A DNA stretch of 63,658 nucleotides, filler included, from Octopus bimaculoides (lineage: Eukaryota), in assembly GCF_001194135.2 (NCBI RefSeq). It is 5 parts of 4 records of this genome, joined end to end, with 100 filler letters (N's around TTAATTAATTAA, not from the genome) between each part and the next. Parts side by side here need not be neighbours in the genome. Positions count along the whole stretch, not along the records: positions 29,916 to 48,225 come from NC_068985.1; positions 48,326 to 59,054 come from NC_069000.1; 3 more parts are not named here. One strand, written 5' to 3'. The notes below the pieces were generated by a model. It did not search any database. It was not told the DNA's origin and was given only the letters and a program-made list of their open reading frames with translations. Made by a program: the position numbers and the translations under genes. Positions 35,321 to 49,769 of the stretch are shown here, in pieces (position 1 is the stretch's first letter; every line of letters begins with the position of its first letter).

Positions 35321-37633
35321 TATACTCACTTACATACACATATTTTAGCATGTGTGTGTGTGTGTCTGTGTGTGTTTGTGTGTGCCCGTATCTCTTCTTT
35401 CTGGAGTATTACGTTGACATTTTTTCAGCTTGCTGATCCCACAGAAACTAAAGCTTCATTCTTAACACGATATATTATTTTACAGTTTGTGTATTATTAT
35501 TATTATCACCATCATCATCACTATCGTCATCATCATCATCTTCAACATCATCGTCATCAGTGGTAAGATGGTAATTCCTGTATTTTTCTTTTTTCTTTTA
35601 TTTCATTTCTATGTTCTTTTTAACTACTTCTGTTATTTCTTTCCACCATCTTTAAATCTTTCTTTTGGTTCCTTTCTTGCATTGTTGTGTTTGATTTTGT
35701 TTTTTGTTTCTTTTTTTTTGTTTTAGTTTGTTGCCTTTTATATTTTGCTTTCTTCTTTTTCATTGTTTTATATCGTTTTAATGTTTGTTTGTTTGTTGGG
35801 TTTTTTTTTCTACCATTTCTGCAGAGAAAAAGCTATTCCATGCCAACTACACCGCATAGCTATCAATCTGATTTTCCCATTATTTCTCACTGATGTAGAT
35901 CTTTCTTGATATATCCAAACATGTTAGGACAAAGTTAGAGTCTTCAAAGAAGCATTGCTTTCTAAATGATTAATCACCGATATTCATGATAAGAGTACAG
36001 CTTTGCTTCATTGTTACTACTTCGTCGTCAGTAGAAAGCGTTACGTGTTACTGGTGTACAGAGAAACAGTACAGCGGCCATTAAAACTACTGGCTTCACC
36101 TCATCAAATTGATTGACTGTGTGGGAAGACGACAGCTCAGTGTTATGGCGTTAGTCTAAACTGTAAAATTTACGATTGTTTGTGATAGCTTTCAGTTCTT
36201 GTTTCAAATCCAGCATAAGCTGATGTAGATTAATGCCTTAAAAGAGGTTTTATTTCTGTAGATTTACTAATCATTCTTAACTGATATTATTGCCAACTTG
36301 ACATCTTGCAAATATTTGAGGAAAATTTACACACTGTCTCCGACTTGTGGATGACCTAGTTTGATAGGAAATCCGACTCTTGGTTTAAGATGCTTCGTTG
36401 TCTATGGCGAAAAATAATATTCATTGACCCAGTCCATTTGATTTTAATTGATATCACGAGAGGGTGTGGTTTACCATTCTATCCAGGAAAATTGTATGAG
36501 TTATGGGTGTTTTGTTGATTTTCAGACTTGTGTTGTTATCTTTCAAGAATGTAGCGAAGAAGAAGGAATGAGTCCACTAACACTTCAGTAACTCAATGGC
36601 TTTTGAGATGAACGATATATCTTAAAATCTCATATGTAAAGAGCTAAATGTATCTCGCAAGAGGAGTCACTGATCAGAGAGAAGATATTATACAATGTTT
36701 CAAGACTGAATCATCGGGAAGAAATTTCAAGCCATTTCAGTTCAAATTATTTTTTCGGTGTTTGTGCAAATAAAATGTAAATAAAATGCAAAGTACATTG
36801 TAAGCCCAAGAGGTAATAATGGTCTCAGATTTTTGACACAAGGCCAGGAATTCTGGGGGGAGGAGGTAAGTCGATCAGATTGACCGCCAGTGTTCAACTG
36901 GTACTTATGCTATCAACTCCGAATGGATGAACGTAAAAGTTGACCCCGACGACATTTGAACTCGGAAGAAATACTGCTATGTATTTTTTCCCGGTGCGGT
37001 AACGATTCAGCTAGCTCACCACTTTCCCAATATTTAATGGTTCTTCACATAACAATAATCTATATTTATATACATACAATAACACAGTAGCCACACTAGT
37101 GATACAGTAATTATAACAGTAATGCAATTACGTTCAAGCATAGATGCATACAGATATATGTGTGTGTATGCGTAAGTGTATATGTGGGTGCGCGTGAGTG
37201 TGCGTACATGTATGCGTGTGTGAATCAAAAGGTGTCATTATACCGGTTTCCCGGATTCTGTGGCGTATATATTTTCGCACCAATGCGAGGTCCGTCACAG
37301 GATAACCTATTTTTGCAAGGAGAGTGGACTACAGCCACGTGAAATGAAGTGCATTCATCAAGAACACATCGCATCGCCAAAACAAGGAATCGAAACCAGA
37401 ATCTTAAGATCATGAGTGCACCACACTAGTCACTTAGCCAAACGCATACATACATACGTAAATATGTACATAGATATGTAGATATGTACATACATTCATG
37501 CATACATACAAACATCTATACCTACATATATAAATATATATACATGTATGTACATATTATGTATGCGTATATGCCTATATACATACATATATACATATAT
37601 ATTTATATCATGTATATCTGTATATATATATAT

Positions 37634-37667
<34 letters not shown>

Positions 37668-38219
37668 NNNNNNNNNNNNNNNNNNNNNNNNNNNNNNNNN
37701 NNNNNNNNNNNNNNNNNNNNNNNNNNNNNNNNNNNNNNNNNNNNNNNNNNNNNNNNNNNNNNNNNNNNNNNNNNNNNNNNNNNNNNNNNNNNNNNNNNNN
37801 NNNNNNNNNNNNNNNNNNNNNNNNNNNNNNNNNNNNNNNNNNNNNNNNNNNNNNNNNNNNNNNNNNNNNNNNNNNNNNNNNNNNNNNNNNNNNNNNNNNN
37901 NNNNNNNNNNNNNNNNNNNNNNNNNNNNNNNNNNNNNNNNNNNNNNNNNNNNNNNNNNNNNNNNNNNNNNNNNNNNNNNNNNNNNNNNNNNNNNNNNNNN
38001 NNNNNNNNNNNNNNNNNNNNNNNNNNNNNNNNNNNNNNNNNNNNNNNNNNNNNNNNNNNNNNNNNNNNNNNNNNNNNNNNNNNNNNNNNNNNNNNNNNNN
38101 NNNNNNNNNNNNNNNNNNNNNNNNNNNNNNNNNNNNNNNNNNNNNNNNNNNNNNNNNNNNNNNNNNNNNNNNNNNNNNNNNNNNNNNNNNNNNNNNNNNN
38201 NNNNNNNNNNNNNNNNNNN

Positions 38220-38288
<69 letters not shown>

Positions 38289-38359
38289 ATAGGTACAGGA
38301 GTGTTTGTGTGGTACGTAGCTTGCGTGCCAATAACATGGTTCCGCGTTCAGTCCCACTG

Positions 38360-39770
38360 TAAGTCACGATTGGTATGGCTAATATATTGATCGCTTCGAT
38401 CCTATTTCTTGCATTCAGCTCTATCTTGAGTATTGCCCTTACCCTGCGATGACATTCTCTTCTGCTCCTTTCGCTCCTCACTAAATACTTGATTCTGTCC
38501 CCTTCAAATATCCCTAGATATGTGTAGCTCTCTGCTGGTTCTATATCCTTTATGACATTCTGCTGGTCAAGATTAACATTGGATGTTTCTGTTATTTTTC
38601 CTTTGATGAAGGTACCCTTTGCACATTTATCGAGGCCAAATTGCATCCTGTTATCATCACTGAATTGTTTAACAATCGCTGGTAAGCCCTTGAGTTGTTG
38701 GTCTTCTTTTGCAAAGAGCTTTAAATCATCCATTGAGCAATTTCGATAGGGTATTAAGGCTTGACAATAGAGTAGTGGTGATAGAGAGTCACCCTGGAAA
38801 ATGCCACGTACAATTCTTTCATCACCAGCATTAAGAGATTCATTGTCACTGTTTAAAGTCAATGTGGCTCTCCATGATCTCATACTTACAGACAAGAAGT
38901 TTCGCAGAGTAGGTGTTATTTTCTACATTTCCAAACATTTCTTAATCCAACTGTGATAGACTATCAAAAGCTTTTTTATAGTCTATCCAGACTATCGACA
39001 AGTTTTTGTGACGCTTGTGACAATCTTCCAAAATCATCTTATTGATAAGTGGCTGATCTTTACAACCATAGGATCCACGTTTACATCCTTTTTGCTCATT
39101 AGAGAATATGCCACTTTCTATTAAAACAAACTATAGGCATATTCAGTCAAGACAGATGTTAGCGTTTTATACATTGTTGTTAATCAAGTTATAGGTCTAT
39201 AATGTTTTGGTCCATTTGTTTCTTCATTTTTTGGGGAAGTACACCATTAACTAGCTAAGAAGGAATCATAGTAAGTTTTGTTAGTAGTTCGTTGCTCTCT
39301 GGGAAGTTAGGATTTTTACCCTTTCCTGAAGACTTCCATTTGCTTGACTTCCTGAGAGCAGATCTTACATCTTCTACTTTGAAACCATTCCACTTTTGCT
39401 CTTCTAAGGAGTCTACATCAGTAGATATTCAATCAATCCAAGAGGCCTTTGCATTGCGTGTTTTTTTTCTTCTGCCAAAATTTTATTCCAAAATTCCTGC
39501 ACTTCTTTTGATGGAACAGACTTTACTGTAGCTGGTATTTTCCCTATCTTCCTGTAAAACTGTTTGGATTATTTTTGGACATGTTGTTGTCCTTGAAGAA
39601 TCTAACACGTTTTTCATACCTTGCTATGCGGGCAGCTTTAGCACATACCTTTTGCTTGATAGTTTCTATGGTGGTATCGATGTCAAGTATGGTTTTCATA
39701 CTATATTAATTTTTTTAATTCTCGGATTTTTGTTAGTTTGATAGTCTTATCAAGCTTAAGGTTTTTAAAC
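38360..39770 (-). mobile_element. R4/Dong-clade non-LTR retrotransposon RT fragment
   Basis: AARIARYEKR, HYRPIT, RGIFQGDSLSPLLYC, MDDLKLFAK, MQFGLDKCAK, YTYLGI; multiple disablements. Confidence 0.8.
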
Positions 39771-39779
39771 TTATTATTA

Positions 39780-39838
<59 letters not shown>

Positions 39839-39856
39839 ATTATCATCATCATCATC

Positions 39857-39928
<72 letters not shown>

Positions 39929-39960
39929 AAGAAGAAGAAGAAGAAGAAGAAGAAGAAGAA
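39771..39960. repeat. Compound microsatellite (TTA)n(TCA)n(TTA)n(GAA)20
   Basis: Read directly from sequence. Confidence 0.95.
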
Positions 39961-40639
39961 AAATATTTAACAGAAGTAACAGAGTGATCCAAGGTCTCAG
40001 AGTTCCGTGCATTGCTAAGTGCCAACACACGAAACTCGCAGACCTTGAGTCACTCTGTTCTAAATATTAATAAACATATACATATACTAACATTTTGAGT
40101 TCTATTTTTCCTGTTTGCCTCAACACACGTATATATAGACGTATGTATATATATACACACACATCTATATATACATATATATGCGCATATATATGCATAT
40201 ATATATATATATATANNNNNNNNNNNNNNNNNNNNNNNNNNNNNNNNNNNNNNNNNNNNNNNNNNNNNNNNNNNNNNNNNNNNNNNNNNNNNNNNNNNNN
40301 NNNNNNNNNNNNNNNNNNNNNNNNNNNNNNNNNNNNNNNNNNNNNNNNNNNNNNNNNNNNNNNNNNNNNNNNNNNNNNNNNNNNNNNNNNNNNNNNNNNN
40401 NNNNNNNNNNNNNNNNNNNNNNNNNNNNNNNNNNNNNNNNNNNNNNNNNNNNNNNNNNNNNNNNNNNNNNNNNNNNNNNNNNNNNNNNNNNNNNNNNNNN
40501 NNNNNNNNNNNNNNNNNNNNNNNNNNNNNNNNNNNNNNNNNNNNNNNNNNNNNNNNNNNNNTATATATATATCAATGTGTGTAAGTTAAATAAACTTCAA
40601 TAAACATACAGATTCGTATTTAATTGTATACTGTAATAC

Positions 40640-41800
40640 CCAAGGAAGAATTTGTTCCTAAATTTTATCATTACGGTCCACACTGTAACAGTTTCATCCA
40701 TTATTTGACGCTTAATTTATTTCACTGACATTGATCTTCAATGTCAAGAATTTCTTGAAGCAATATTCACTCCAGCTTGTGATACATTTGATCATATAAA
40801 AAGCAGTTATATTACGCAAATAGGAAAGAGATTACTACTGTAATTATACGCGATTAAATAGTTCTTGAGTATCCAACATGAAAATTTAATTTTCTTAAGT
40901 GTCTCTATGGAATAACAAATACTGTTGGGCCAGCTTCAGAGGAGAACAAGTATTAATGATCTCTGATACTGACATTTAAGAACATTATAATCTAAACCTT
41001 TTCCACATCACTTCTGCCCTTGCGAAAAAGAAGATGGCAAGACTAACTTCTTGTGAGAAATTAACCGCCAATATTCTAATGGTAAATAATAATAGGCATT
41101 ATAACTACCAATCTGAGACTTGATATAATTTCATCGAAAGCTCAATGAATGTGAGCTTATTATGTTGTTAGTTTCGAACTGGTACTCAGAATGTCCAAAG
41201 TCTTTAATTTCATGTTAGCTCTGAGCACAGTCTATCACTAATTAGCACATATATCTTTTAGATCATATCATGGTGAATGAACACTGCTGTAGTGCATGAA
41301 AGCCAAATGATTTTGGCAGCGACACGTGTAAGGGTGCTGTCATAATTCAGGAAACTATGTCCTATCAATTGCTCAATACCTATCCTAGTGTTACTGCTTT
41401 AATCTTCGTAATTATTCATGGGGTGTGATTCAAGAGTCAGGTATCATACAAACTATTTACATAGGTCTCAATTGTTATAATACCAGCTTTCAGAACCCAA
41501 CATTTTTTTGTGCTAAGCCGAAGTCAACATAAATTATTTTGATGTATCTATTCCTCTCTTCAAATAGGTCAGTAACCATTTAATCCTGAATCCTCTGTAA
41601 TATAATTTGTATGGTAGGTAAACTGGTTTAATGCAGATTTGAAAGAAGTAAGACGAATAGCCTTTGAATAGGATTGGAGACATTACTAAAAACACTTAAA
41701 TTCGAATCTTTAGCTGTAATCAAAAACTTAATTTCTATCAGTTTAACCTTATATTATATAAGCATTTTGTTCTAAATTTCATCAGTATTATACAGCATAA
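40640..41800 (-). mobile_element. Very degenerate CR1/L2-like LINE remnant
   Basis: Only a frameshifted ...IIYVDF... RT motif and vague flanking similarity. Confidence 0.3.
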
Positions 41801-42164
41801 ATCTATCGCAATTAGATCAGCTCCATAATTTACCGGTGATTCAGTGTAAGTACTTAAATTTTTTCGACAGTAAATAGTACTTACAGAGGTTTTTGCTTAA
41901 ATCCCCTGGCAGCATCTCAACATTATTGTCAATAATCTTTTATGTTCTGAATCAGAGAAGTGCGTGAGGTCGTCCATGTCTCAATCTCGTGTGTGCTGGC
42001 ACATCCGTGACGCTGCTTCTACGATATGTATTATACGTGCAGCTTCCGTTTTTCCCTTCTATTTTTCTTTTCTTTTTTGTTTTGTTATAAACAATATATG
42101 AACATGTTATCAAAAATGAACCTACACACATCCAGATGTAGCTAAATAATATATTGATTGTCAA

Positions 42165-42808
42165 CCTCCAGCCTGTTGTTAATATGGGGCCCTAGTCTAT
42201 GTATGAGTATAGCTTCCTTAATTCTTAAATTACCCAAATTTCTTTCAGTGGCCTCAATTGTGACTGTTATGCTTTTGTCGGTGTTATGCTTATGTCAGTG
42301 TTCCGGCATCTGTCTAGATGTTTTCTGAAGGAGGAGGCTCTCGTGTTCAGATGTTCTTTGATGTGGACGTGTAACGGTCTTGTTGTGCTACCCACATAGG
42401 ACATGTTGCATTTGTTATATTGTAATCTAGACACAACATTTACCCATTGGCATAAATCTGTGTCACGGATAGGACAGTTTGTTAGTGTGCATTGGTTGTT
42501 GTCCCTTGTTCATTTCTTTGCGAGGTGTCCTCTCAGAAAGGGGCCAGAGTAGGCTAGTTGAATGCCTAGCCCTTCTCTTCTTATGGCTCTTCGGAAGGCT
42601 GTAGTTATCCTCTCGCTAAAATGGGGTATTTTCAGGAAGCATGTGTTGCTGGTTTTTGTATGTGTTCGAGGTGTTGGTCGTTTTGGATACTGAAGCCGAT
42701 TTACAATGGATCTAGGGTACCCGTTAGTTTTCAATATATCTAGGAAGCGTGTAGTGTGAGTCACCTTGTCCTCCGTTCTGCTGCACTTGCCCTGGATGCG
42801 TGCAAATT
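42165..42808 (-). mobile_element. Penelope-like element 3' fragment (RT thumb and GIY-YIG endonuclease)
   Basis: LKTNGYP...FLKIPH...NVVSRLQYNKCNMSYVGSTTRPLHVHIKEH...LRIKEAILI; one stop and one frameshift. Confidence 0.85.
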
Positions 42809-42809
42809 C

Positions 42810-43641
42810 GTGCGGTAAGTAAATTGTGGTCTAAATTAAACGTAAATGAAAATAAAACTGACATCTCATTTTAACAGATATATTTACCAAAATTGCATAA
42901 ACATATTTTGAAATACTAATGAGTAAATTTATTCAATAAAATTGCCATTGGCTTCAACCACGGTCTCCGAGCAATTTTGGAATCTCCTGCAATTCTTCTG
43001 GGCGGTCTCCTTGTTTAAGTTGGTGAATACTACTATAAACTTTGCCTTCAGCCTGGTGTTACAAGGAGTTTTGTTGGTCTCTCGCTCAGCTGCGCCCCAC
43101 ACATAATAATCAAGTGGGCTGTAGTCTGGAGAGTTAGCTGGCCAGATATTGGGGATGATGTGGTCGCAGAAATTCTCTGACAGCCATGACTGGGTTCTCC
43201 TGCTGGTGTAACATGGGGCAGAGTCCTGTTGGTAGGCAGCCACAATCTTGACCCAGGAAAGCACTATCTCCTCCAGGCACTTAATGTAGACCTCCGTGTT
43301 GAGACTGAGGCAGTGTGGAAAGATGAATGGAAGCATAAGGTCGCCATCACTAGTGATCACTCCAAAGACCATGATGTTGACGCTCATGTCTTCAGATCGC
43401 ACTATCCTTAGATTGACAGCCAAACTCTCTGAAACGTTCGTATTGGAGCTTCGGGCGCGAATGCCAAGCAGTACAGCATGTCCTTTCCAAATTTTTGGCA
43501 AAGTGAATTGCGTCATGGTGTTGTTTTTCTCACAGACGGTGCGCAACTGACCCTACTATACTGTGTAGTCGACGAAATTAAAAACAAAAAATGCGCATGC
43601 ACGAAATTAAACATATGAAATAGGTACAATTTACCCATCGC

Positions 43642-43646
<5 letters not shown>
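42810..43646 (-). mobile_element. maT (DD37D) mariner-like element with in-frame internal deletion
   Basis: ORF 42929-43546; QQDSAP...WPANSPDYSPLDYYVW has 37 residues between the 2nd and 3rd Asp; imperfect TIRs GGGTGCGATGGGTAAATTGT / GTGCGGTAAGTAAATTGT. Confidence 0.85.
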
Positions 43647-43685
<39 letters not shown>

Positions 43686-43899
43686 GAATAATTAATAAAT
43701 TTTTCCCTTATGAGATGTTTCACGCTAACTACTTGATAAATTCTTATAAAGATTTNNNNNNNNNNNNNNNNNNNNNNNNNNNNNNNNNNNNNNNNNNNNN
43801 NNNNNNNNNNNNNNNNNNNNNNNNNNNNNNNNNNNNNNNNNNNNNNNNNNNNNNNNNNNNNNNNNNNNNNNNNNNNNNNNNNNNNNNNNNNNNNNNNNN

Positions 43900-44020
43900 T
43901 GGACGCTCAGGAAAGGAAAGAGAGAGTGTACGACGTTTCGGGCGTAGCCCTTCGTCGGAAAGATGGAAAGTTCGGAGAATGTAAGAACGGAGGAAGAGGA
44001 AAATGGTACCGATGCCCACG
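43900..44020 (-). mobile_element. Penelope-type terminal repeat fragment
   Basis: TCCGACGAAGGGCTACGCCCGAAACGTCG resembles the PLE end motif; similar remnant at about 2930-3110. Confidence 0.45.
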
Positions 44021-44532
44021 ATATATATATATATATATACATACATACATACATACATACATACATACATACATACATACATACATAAATACATACATAC
44101 ATACATATAAAATGAAACTACACGCGATTTTTTGCTCCTTTTTGCTTTTCTTTTGTACTTTCAGGTTTCCTGTTTCTGAAGAAGAACTTAGTCGAACAAT
44201 TCGTCCCCAGGACTTATTCTTTGTAAGCCTTGTGCTTATTCAATCGGTCTGTTTTGCCGAACCGCTAAGTTACAGGCAAGTAAACACACCAACATCGGTT
44301 GTCAAGTGATGTTGAGGGACAAACACAGACACACGCACACACAAACATATTCGACGAGCTTCTTTCACTTTCCCTCTAACAGATCCACTCACCAGGCTTT
44401 GGTTGGCCCCGGGTCATAGTAGGAGATACTTGCGCAAGGCGCCACGCAGTGGGACTGAACCCAGAACCATGTGGTCGAGAAGCAAGCTTCTTATCACGCA
44501 GCCACGTCCGCTCTAACATGTGTGTGTGTGTA

Positions 44533-44585
<53 letters not shown>

Positions 44586-45581
44586 GTCTGTGTTTATATT
44601 TATATATACTTTATAGTTTAGAATATTTCTGCACACCCACATTATTATTTGTGTCTGCGTGGATGATGATTACAGTCGAGGCTAGTACAGCGGGCGGCTA
44701 GTACAGCGGGCGGCTAGTACGTTTAGTACGGTTGCCAAGCGAGCTAAGATGCAGCATGAGATCTGCTATTCTCTGCACTTTCTACTAATGGCGGAAGAGA
44801 GGTTAGTGAAGTTAGTATATGCGTGTATACGTGCGTATGTGTGTATTTCATGTTTGTATGCATTCAGCGGAGTGATGTTGTTCTTAGAATGGTATTATAG
44901 ACAGAATGCCGTACAGCGTTGACTGTAATACCTTGAGCTTTCGGTATCAATAATTCTGTCTCTCGAACATCTTGGTCGTTTTTTTTCATTTTCAGTGGAT
45001 TTTCTTCCGAAGATGCTGGCATTTTGGTGTGATATGTTGTGATAGACAACTTTAAAAATTTAACAAAATAGGTGTAGTTATTTTTAAGGCGTTGATTTCA
45101 CAAGTAATAAAGCAGTTCTTAAGGCAAGTGTTTTTTAAAGGTGCATCTGGTCGATCGAGGCTTTGTAACCAAATTTTAAAGGAAACTACATGCAAATGTC
45201 TCAGAGTAACCATTCCTAGTTTGGGGGTTTTAGACGTAATCTAGTTTGATATCGCCACTAGACCACTAGGTGCCTCTAGGCGAAATCACTATTCTGAAAG
45301 CATTCAATACAGTTCTCCGTTCCTACGGTTACTTATTCCTTTTCCCTACTTGTCTAATTGCACATATAATGTTTGAATGAGTCCAGGCTAAAAATGATAC
45401 AGGACAAATAGTCTGTCAATAACAAGTCCGACGTTGAGCGGAGGCGGAAGTCACCGAATTCTGCAGGAGTGTCCTTTCTTGCTAGAATAGGGAGGTCGAC
45501 ATTGAGTTTGTTCTGGAACAAATAGGGATAATTCATTAGGGAGACCGCATACGTTGAAAGATTTGAGATACCGCATACGTT

Positions 45582-46115
<534 letters not shown>

Positions 46116-47022
46116 ACAGACCGATATAGATATACCTATATACATACATAGTTGTAATCGAAGGCTTAGACACATACATACATACATACATATATATATA
46201 CATACATACATAAATACATACATACATAAATACATACATACACACAAATATACATACATATACATGCATGCGTACATACATACATACGTACACACACACA
46301 CAAACGCAATACTTTATTGCTTTTTGATGTACAGTAAAACATGCGAAGCTGTCTCCTGACGGACCCAATAAGCAACATAGGTTAGCTACAATGTAAATTA
46401 CTCATAAAGCAGGCAAGCATCATAGATTGACTGTTTTCATAGCTGAGTAGTTGTCGACTCATCATAAATTTAACTAGCTATTCAATGCACCACGCAGTAC
46501 AAATCAGAACAACCCAAATAAACTTAAACATTATTAAGTTATATTGATCTCTCTTGTTGATTGTAGAAGGAAGTCAAGGGCATCTTCTCTGAGGAGCAGT
46601 TAGAAAACTTTGAAACAGTCCTTCAGGAGATTCCCTCTTACTTCCACACGCAATACCATAGGAAGAATGTGCTTACATTTTCATTTCAATCACAGTGAGG
46701 ATTTATATTTAAATTTATTAAGGCAGTGAGCTGGCAAAACTGTTAGGGTGTCGGATATTTTTAGCGGCATTTCTTCTGGCCTTTTATGTTCTGAGTTCAA
46801 ATTCTGTGGTGATCAACTTCGCCTGTTATCCTTTTGGGGTCGATAAGAAAAAGTACCAGTTGAGCACTAGGGTTGCTGTAATAGATTCCCGCTTCCCTAA
46901 AAATTGCTAGCCTTGTGACAGAATTAGAAAGACATGTTTAAATTTAATTTACTTCAGTTTCTTTGATTTATGCTGTGATGTGTACAAAGTAATTCTGTCT
47001 TTGTCACTGTCAATTTACAAAG

Positions 47023-47103
<81 letters not shown>

Positions 47104-47842
47104 TGCATGTATGTATGATAAACAGAATGTAACGCGGTAAGGAAGGAAAGATAAGTAAAGAAGGGGAAAGAAAAAGAGATAGGTAAAGAGAAGGAAACAA
47201 GGAGAGATTGATAAAGGGAAGGAGCACAAGAAACAAAAACAAGAGGGACAATACAGAAAGTGAGGGTGGCGATATCAGCATGTCGTTAAAATCATTTTGT
47301 GAAATATAGGATTTTAGTTGAGAGCCAGTCATTCGATTCTACTTCAGGACTGCATACTGGAGAACTGGCAAGACAGTTTTCATTAAGCGAACAGCTATAA
47401 GAGTTCATGAAATTACAAGTGCGCTCGGTGATGATATTACTGTTGTTTGACAGATGCTTTGCATTAATGGAATTGACAGAGCTGGAGAAATTTTTCAACA
47501 AGAGTAAGAAACTTTAATAGAATTTCTATTAAAGATTTTATTTCTATGCTCTCTGATAAAATGAAGTGAGACTAGCATAAGAAACTTTTTGTTTATATCA
47601 CTGAAAACATTCAAACTAAGAATTGAATTGCACCACTGAGTTTGCATCTTTCTGTTTCTACGTTTGGGAGCTATGTATCTGCATATAAATTGTATCTTAT
47701 CTAAAAGAAATGTCCACTACGGCTAAATGCTGCTACATTTGAAGATACGCAGTTACTAACATTTACGATTAAATCACGGAGGATATTTATTGGGTGATTA
47801 TAACCCTTATTAATATAAATTGACTCTTCATTAGCTTTATAA

Positions 47843-47885
47843 TAAACTAGCAGAGGCACCCGGCGTTGCTCGGGAATGAAATTGT
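47843..47885 (+). mobile_element. Possible Helentron/HINE-like terminus
   Basis: AACTAGCAGAGGCACCCGGCGTTGCTCGGG with a short subterminal hairpin. Confidence 0.35.
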
Positions 47886-48225
47886 TGCTTATATACTTGA
47901 AGAAAAAAAGGCAAAATATGCTGTATAGAAATTTGAGGACATTCTGTAGATGGACTCTCAGATGAATGATGGCTGGGCGCCTCTCATGAATGGGGAAAAT
48001 TGAAGATGTGCCAAAAAGCCTCATTGGTACTTGGAAACTTTTACGAAAGTTAAAATGGGGATCGTTGCCAGTGCCCCTGGACTGGCTCTTGTGCTGGTGG
48101 CACATAAAATACACCATTTCGAGCGTGGCCGTTGCCAGTACCGCCTGACTGGCCTTCGTGCGGGTGACACGTAAAAGCACCCACTACACTCTCTGAGTGG
48201 TTGGCGTTAGGAAGGGCATCCAGCT

Positions 48226-48325
48226 NNNNNNNNNNNNNNNNNNNNNNNNNNNNNNNNNNNNNNNNNNNNTTAATTAATTAANNNNNNNNNNNNNNNNNNN
48301 NNNNNNNNNNNNNNNNNNNNNNNNN
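48226..48325. other. Artificial scaffold-join spacer
   Basis: N44-TTAATTAATTAA-N44. Confidence 0.9.
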
Positions 48326-49431
48326 ATATATATATGGATGGATGTATTTTGTTCGATGCTCTGTTATTTTGCTTGACGTTATATTTATTAGAAAGGTGAA
48401 AAGATACGGTTTATTTATTTCTGACTCATTGATGTTTGTCAGTGGATCGATTCAATGAAACGACGATCCAGGAAGGCGTAATCCTTGGTTACGGAACCAT
48501 GATATAGAAATGCACGATCTTTCTTCATTTTGCGCATAAATAAACGTATATCAAATTGTTCTGGAGGTTGTTTTAACAAATACTCGTATTAGCGCAACCT
48601 TGGGGTAGTTTCGTTTTCGAGGATACCTCTATAGAGTCACTCGATATGTTAGAAATAGTTGCTAAATCTCTGTCAAATCACATCTAGCCATTTAAAAACG
48701 TGACAGGACACATTTTATGATACAGTACTACATGCTTTGTACTTTAAAGAAAAACAGAACAAGATGGCCTCGGCTAGCGTGATTTCGATGATAGATCTGC
48801 TCGACCAGGACTAATCTAACATTAAACAACAATTACTCTAAACATTTGAATACATAACACACAAGATAACTTATTTCAAAGACGTCGTTGTGAGAGTTCT
48901 TTTCCTCTCTTCTTCTTTACATAAATTAACATATATTAGAGAATCTATACACTTCCGACTCATGAGTGTGTTAATAACGCTTAAGCTTTTGTCTGTCTAT
49001 TCCTTTCTTCCTCTACCTTTCACCCACTCTATCTGAGCGGCTTCCATTTTGTCTTTCTATTCGTGTTTCTTTCTCTCTCCGTCTTTCCCTCCTTCTTCCC
49101 CTCTCTCTGTCTCTCTCTCTCCTACTCCCTGTGAATATGATTCTATCTTTCTGTGTATTTATCCTTATCCCTCTTACATTTCAACTAATATAAAGACCTC
49201 CCTTGTTTACCATCTTCATCACCGTCTCCCTTCCTCTCTCTCTCTCTCTCTCGTCTATATTTTCATCTAAAGTCCACGCCGTCATGGTTTCTTTGTATCT
49301 GAAGTAGGTCTGTCTCATCTTCTCTTTTCTCCCTCTCTTTCTTTCTTTCAATATATAAATATCTATCTCACTTTACCTTGCTTTTACTTCTTGTTTCTAC
49401 CATCTCCTCTCTCTTTCTCTCTCTCTCTCTA

Positions 49432-49513
<82 letters not shown>

Positions 49514-49709
49514 NNNNNNNNNNNNNNNNNNNNNNNNNNNNNNNNNNNNNNNNNNNNNNNNNNNNNNNNNNNNNNNNNNNNNNNNNNNNNNNNNNNNNNN
49601 NNNNNNNNNNNNNNNNNNNNNNNNNNNNNNNNNNNNNNNNNNNNNNNNNNNNNNNNNNNNNNNNNNNNNNNNNNNNNNNNNNNNNNNNNNNNNNNNNNNN
49701 NNNNNNNNT

Positions 49710-49769
<60 letters not shown>

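Noticed and set aside
37484-38390. Long ORFs in the track made of YI, TH, VC, LS or X runs (here and throughout)
   Set aside because: Translations of microsatellites and N gaps
41885-41936. LRR-like exon IIDNNVEMLPGDLSKNL with a GTAAGT donor
   Set aside because: No pyrimidine tract and no neighbouring LRR exons
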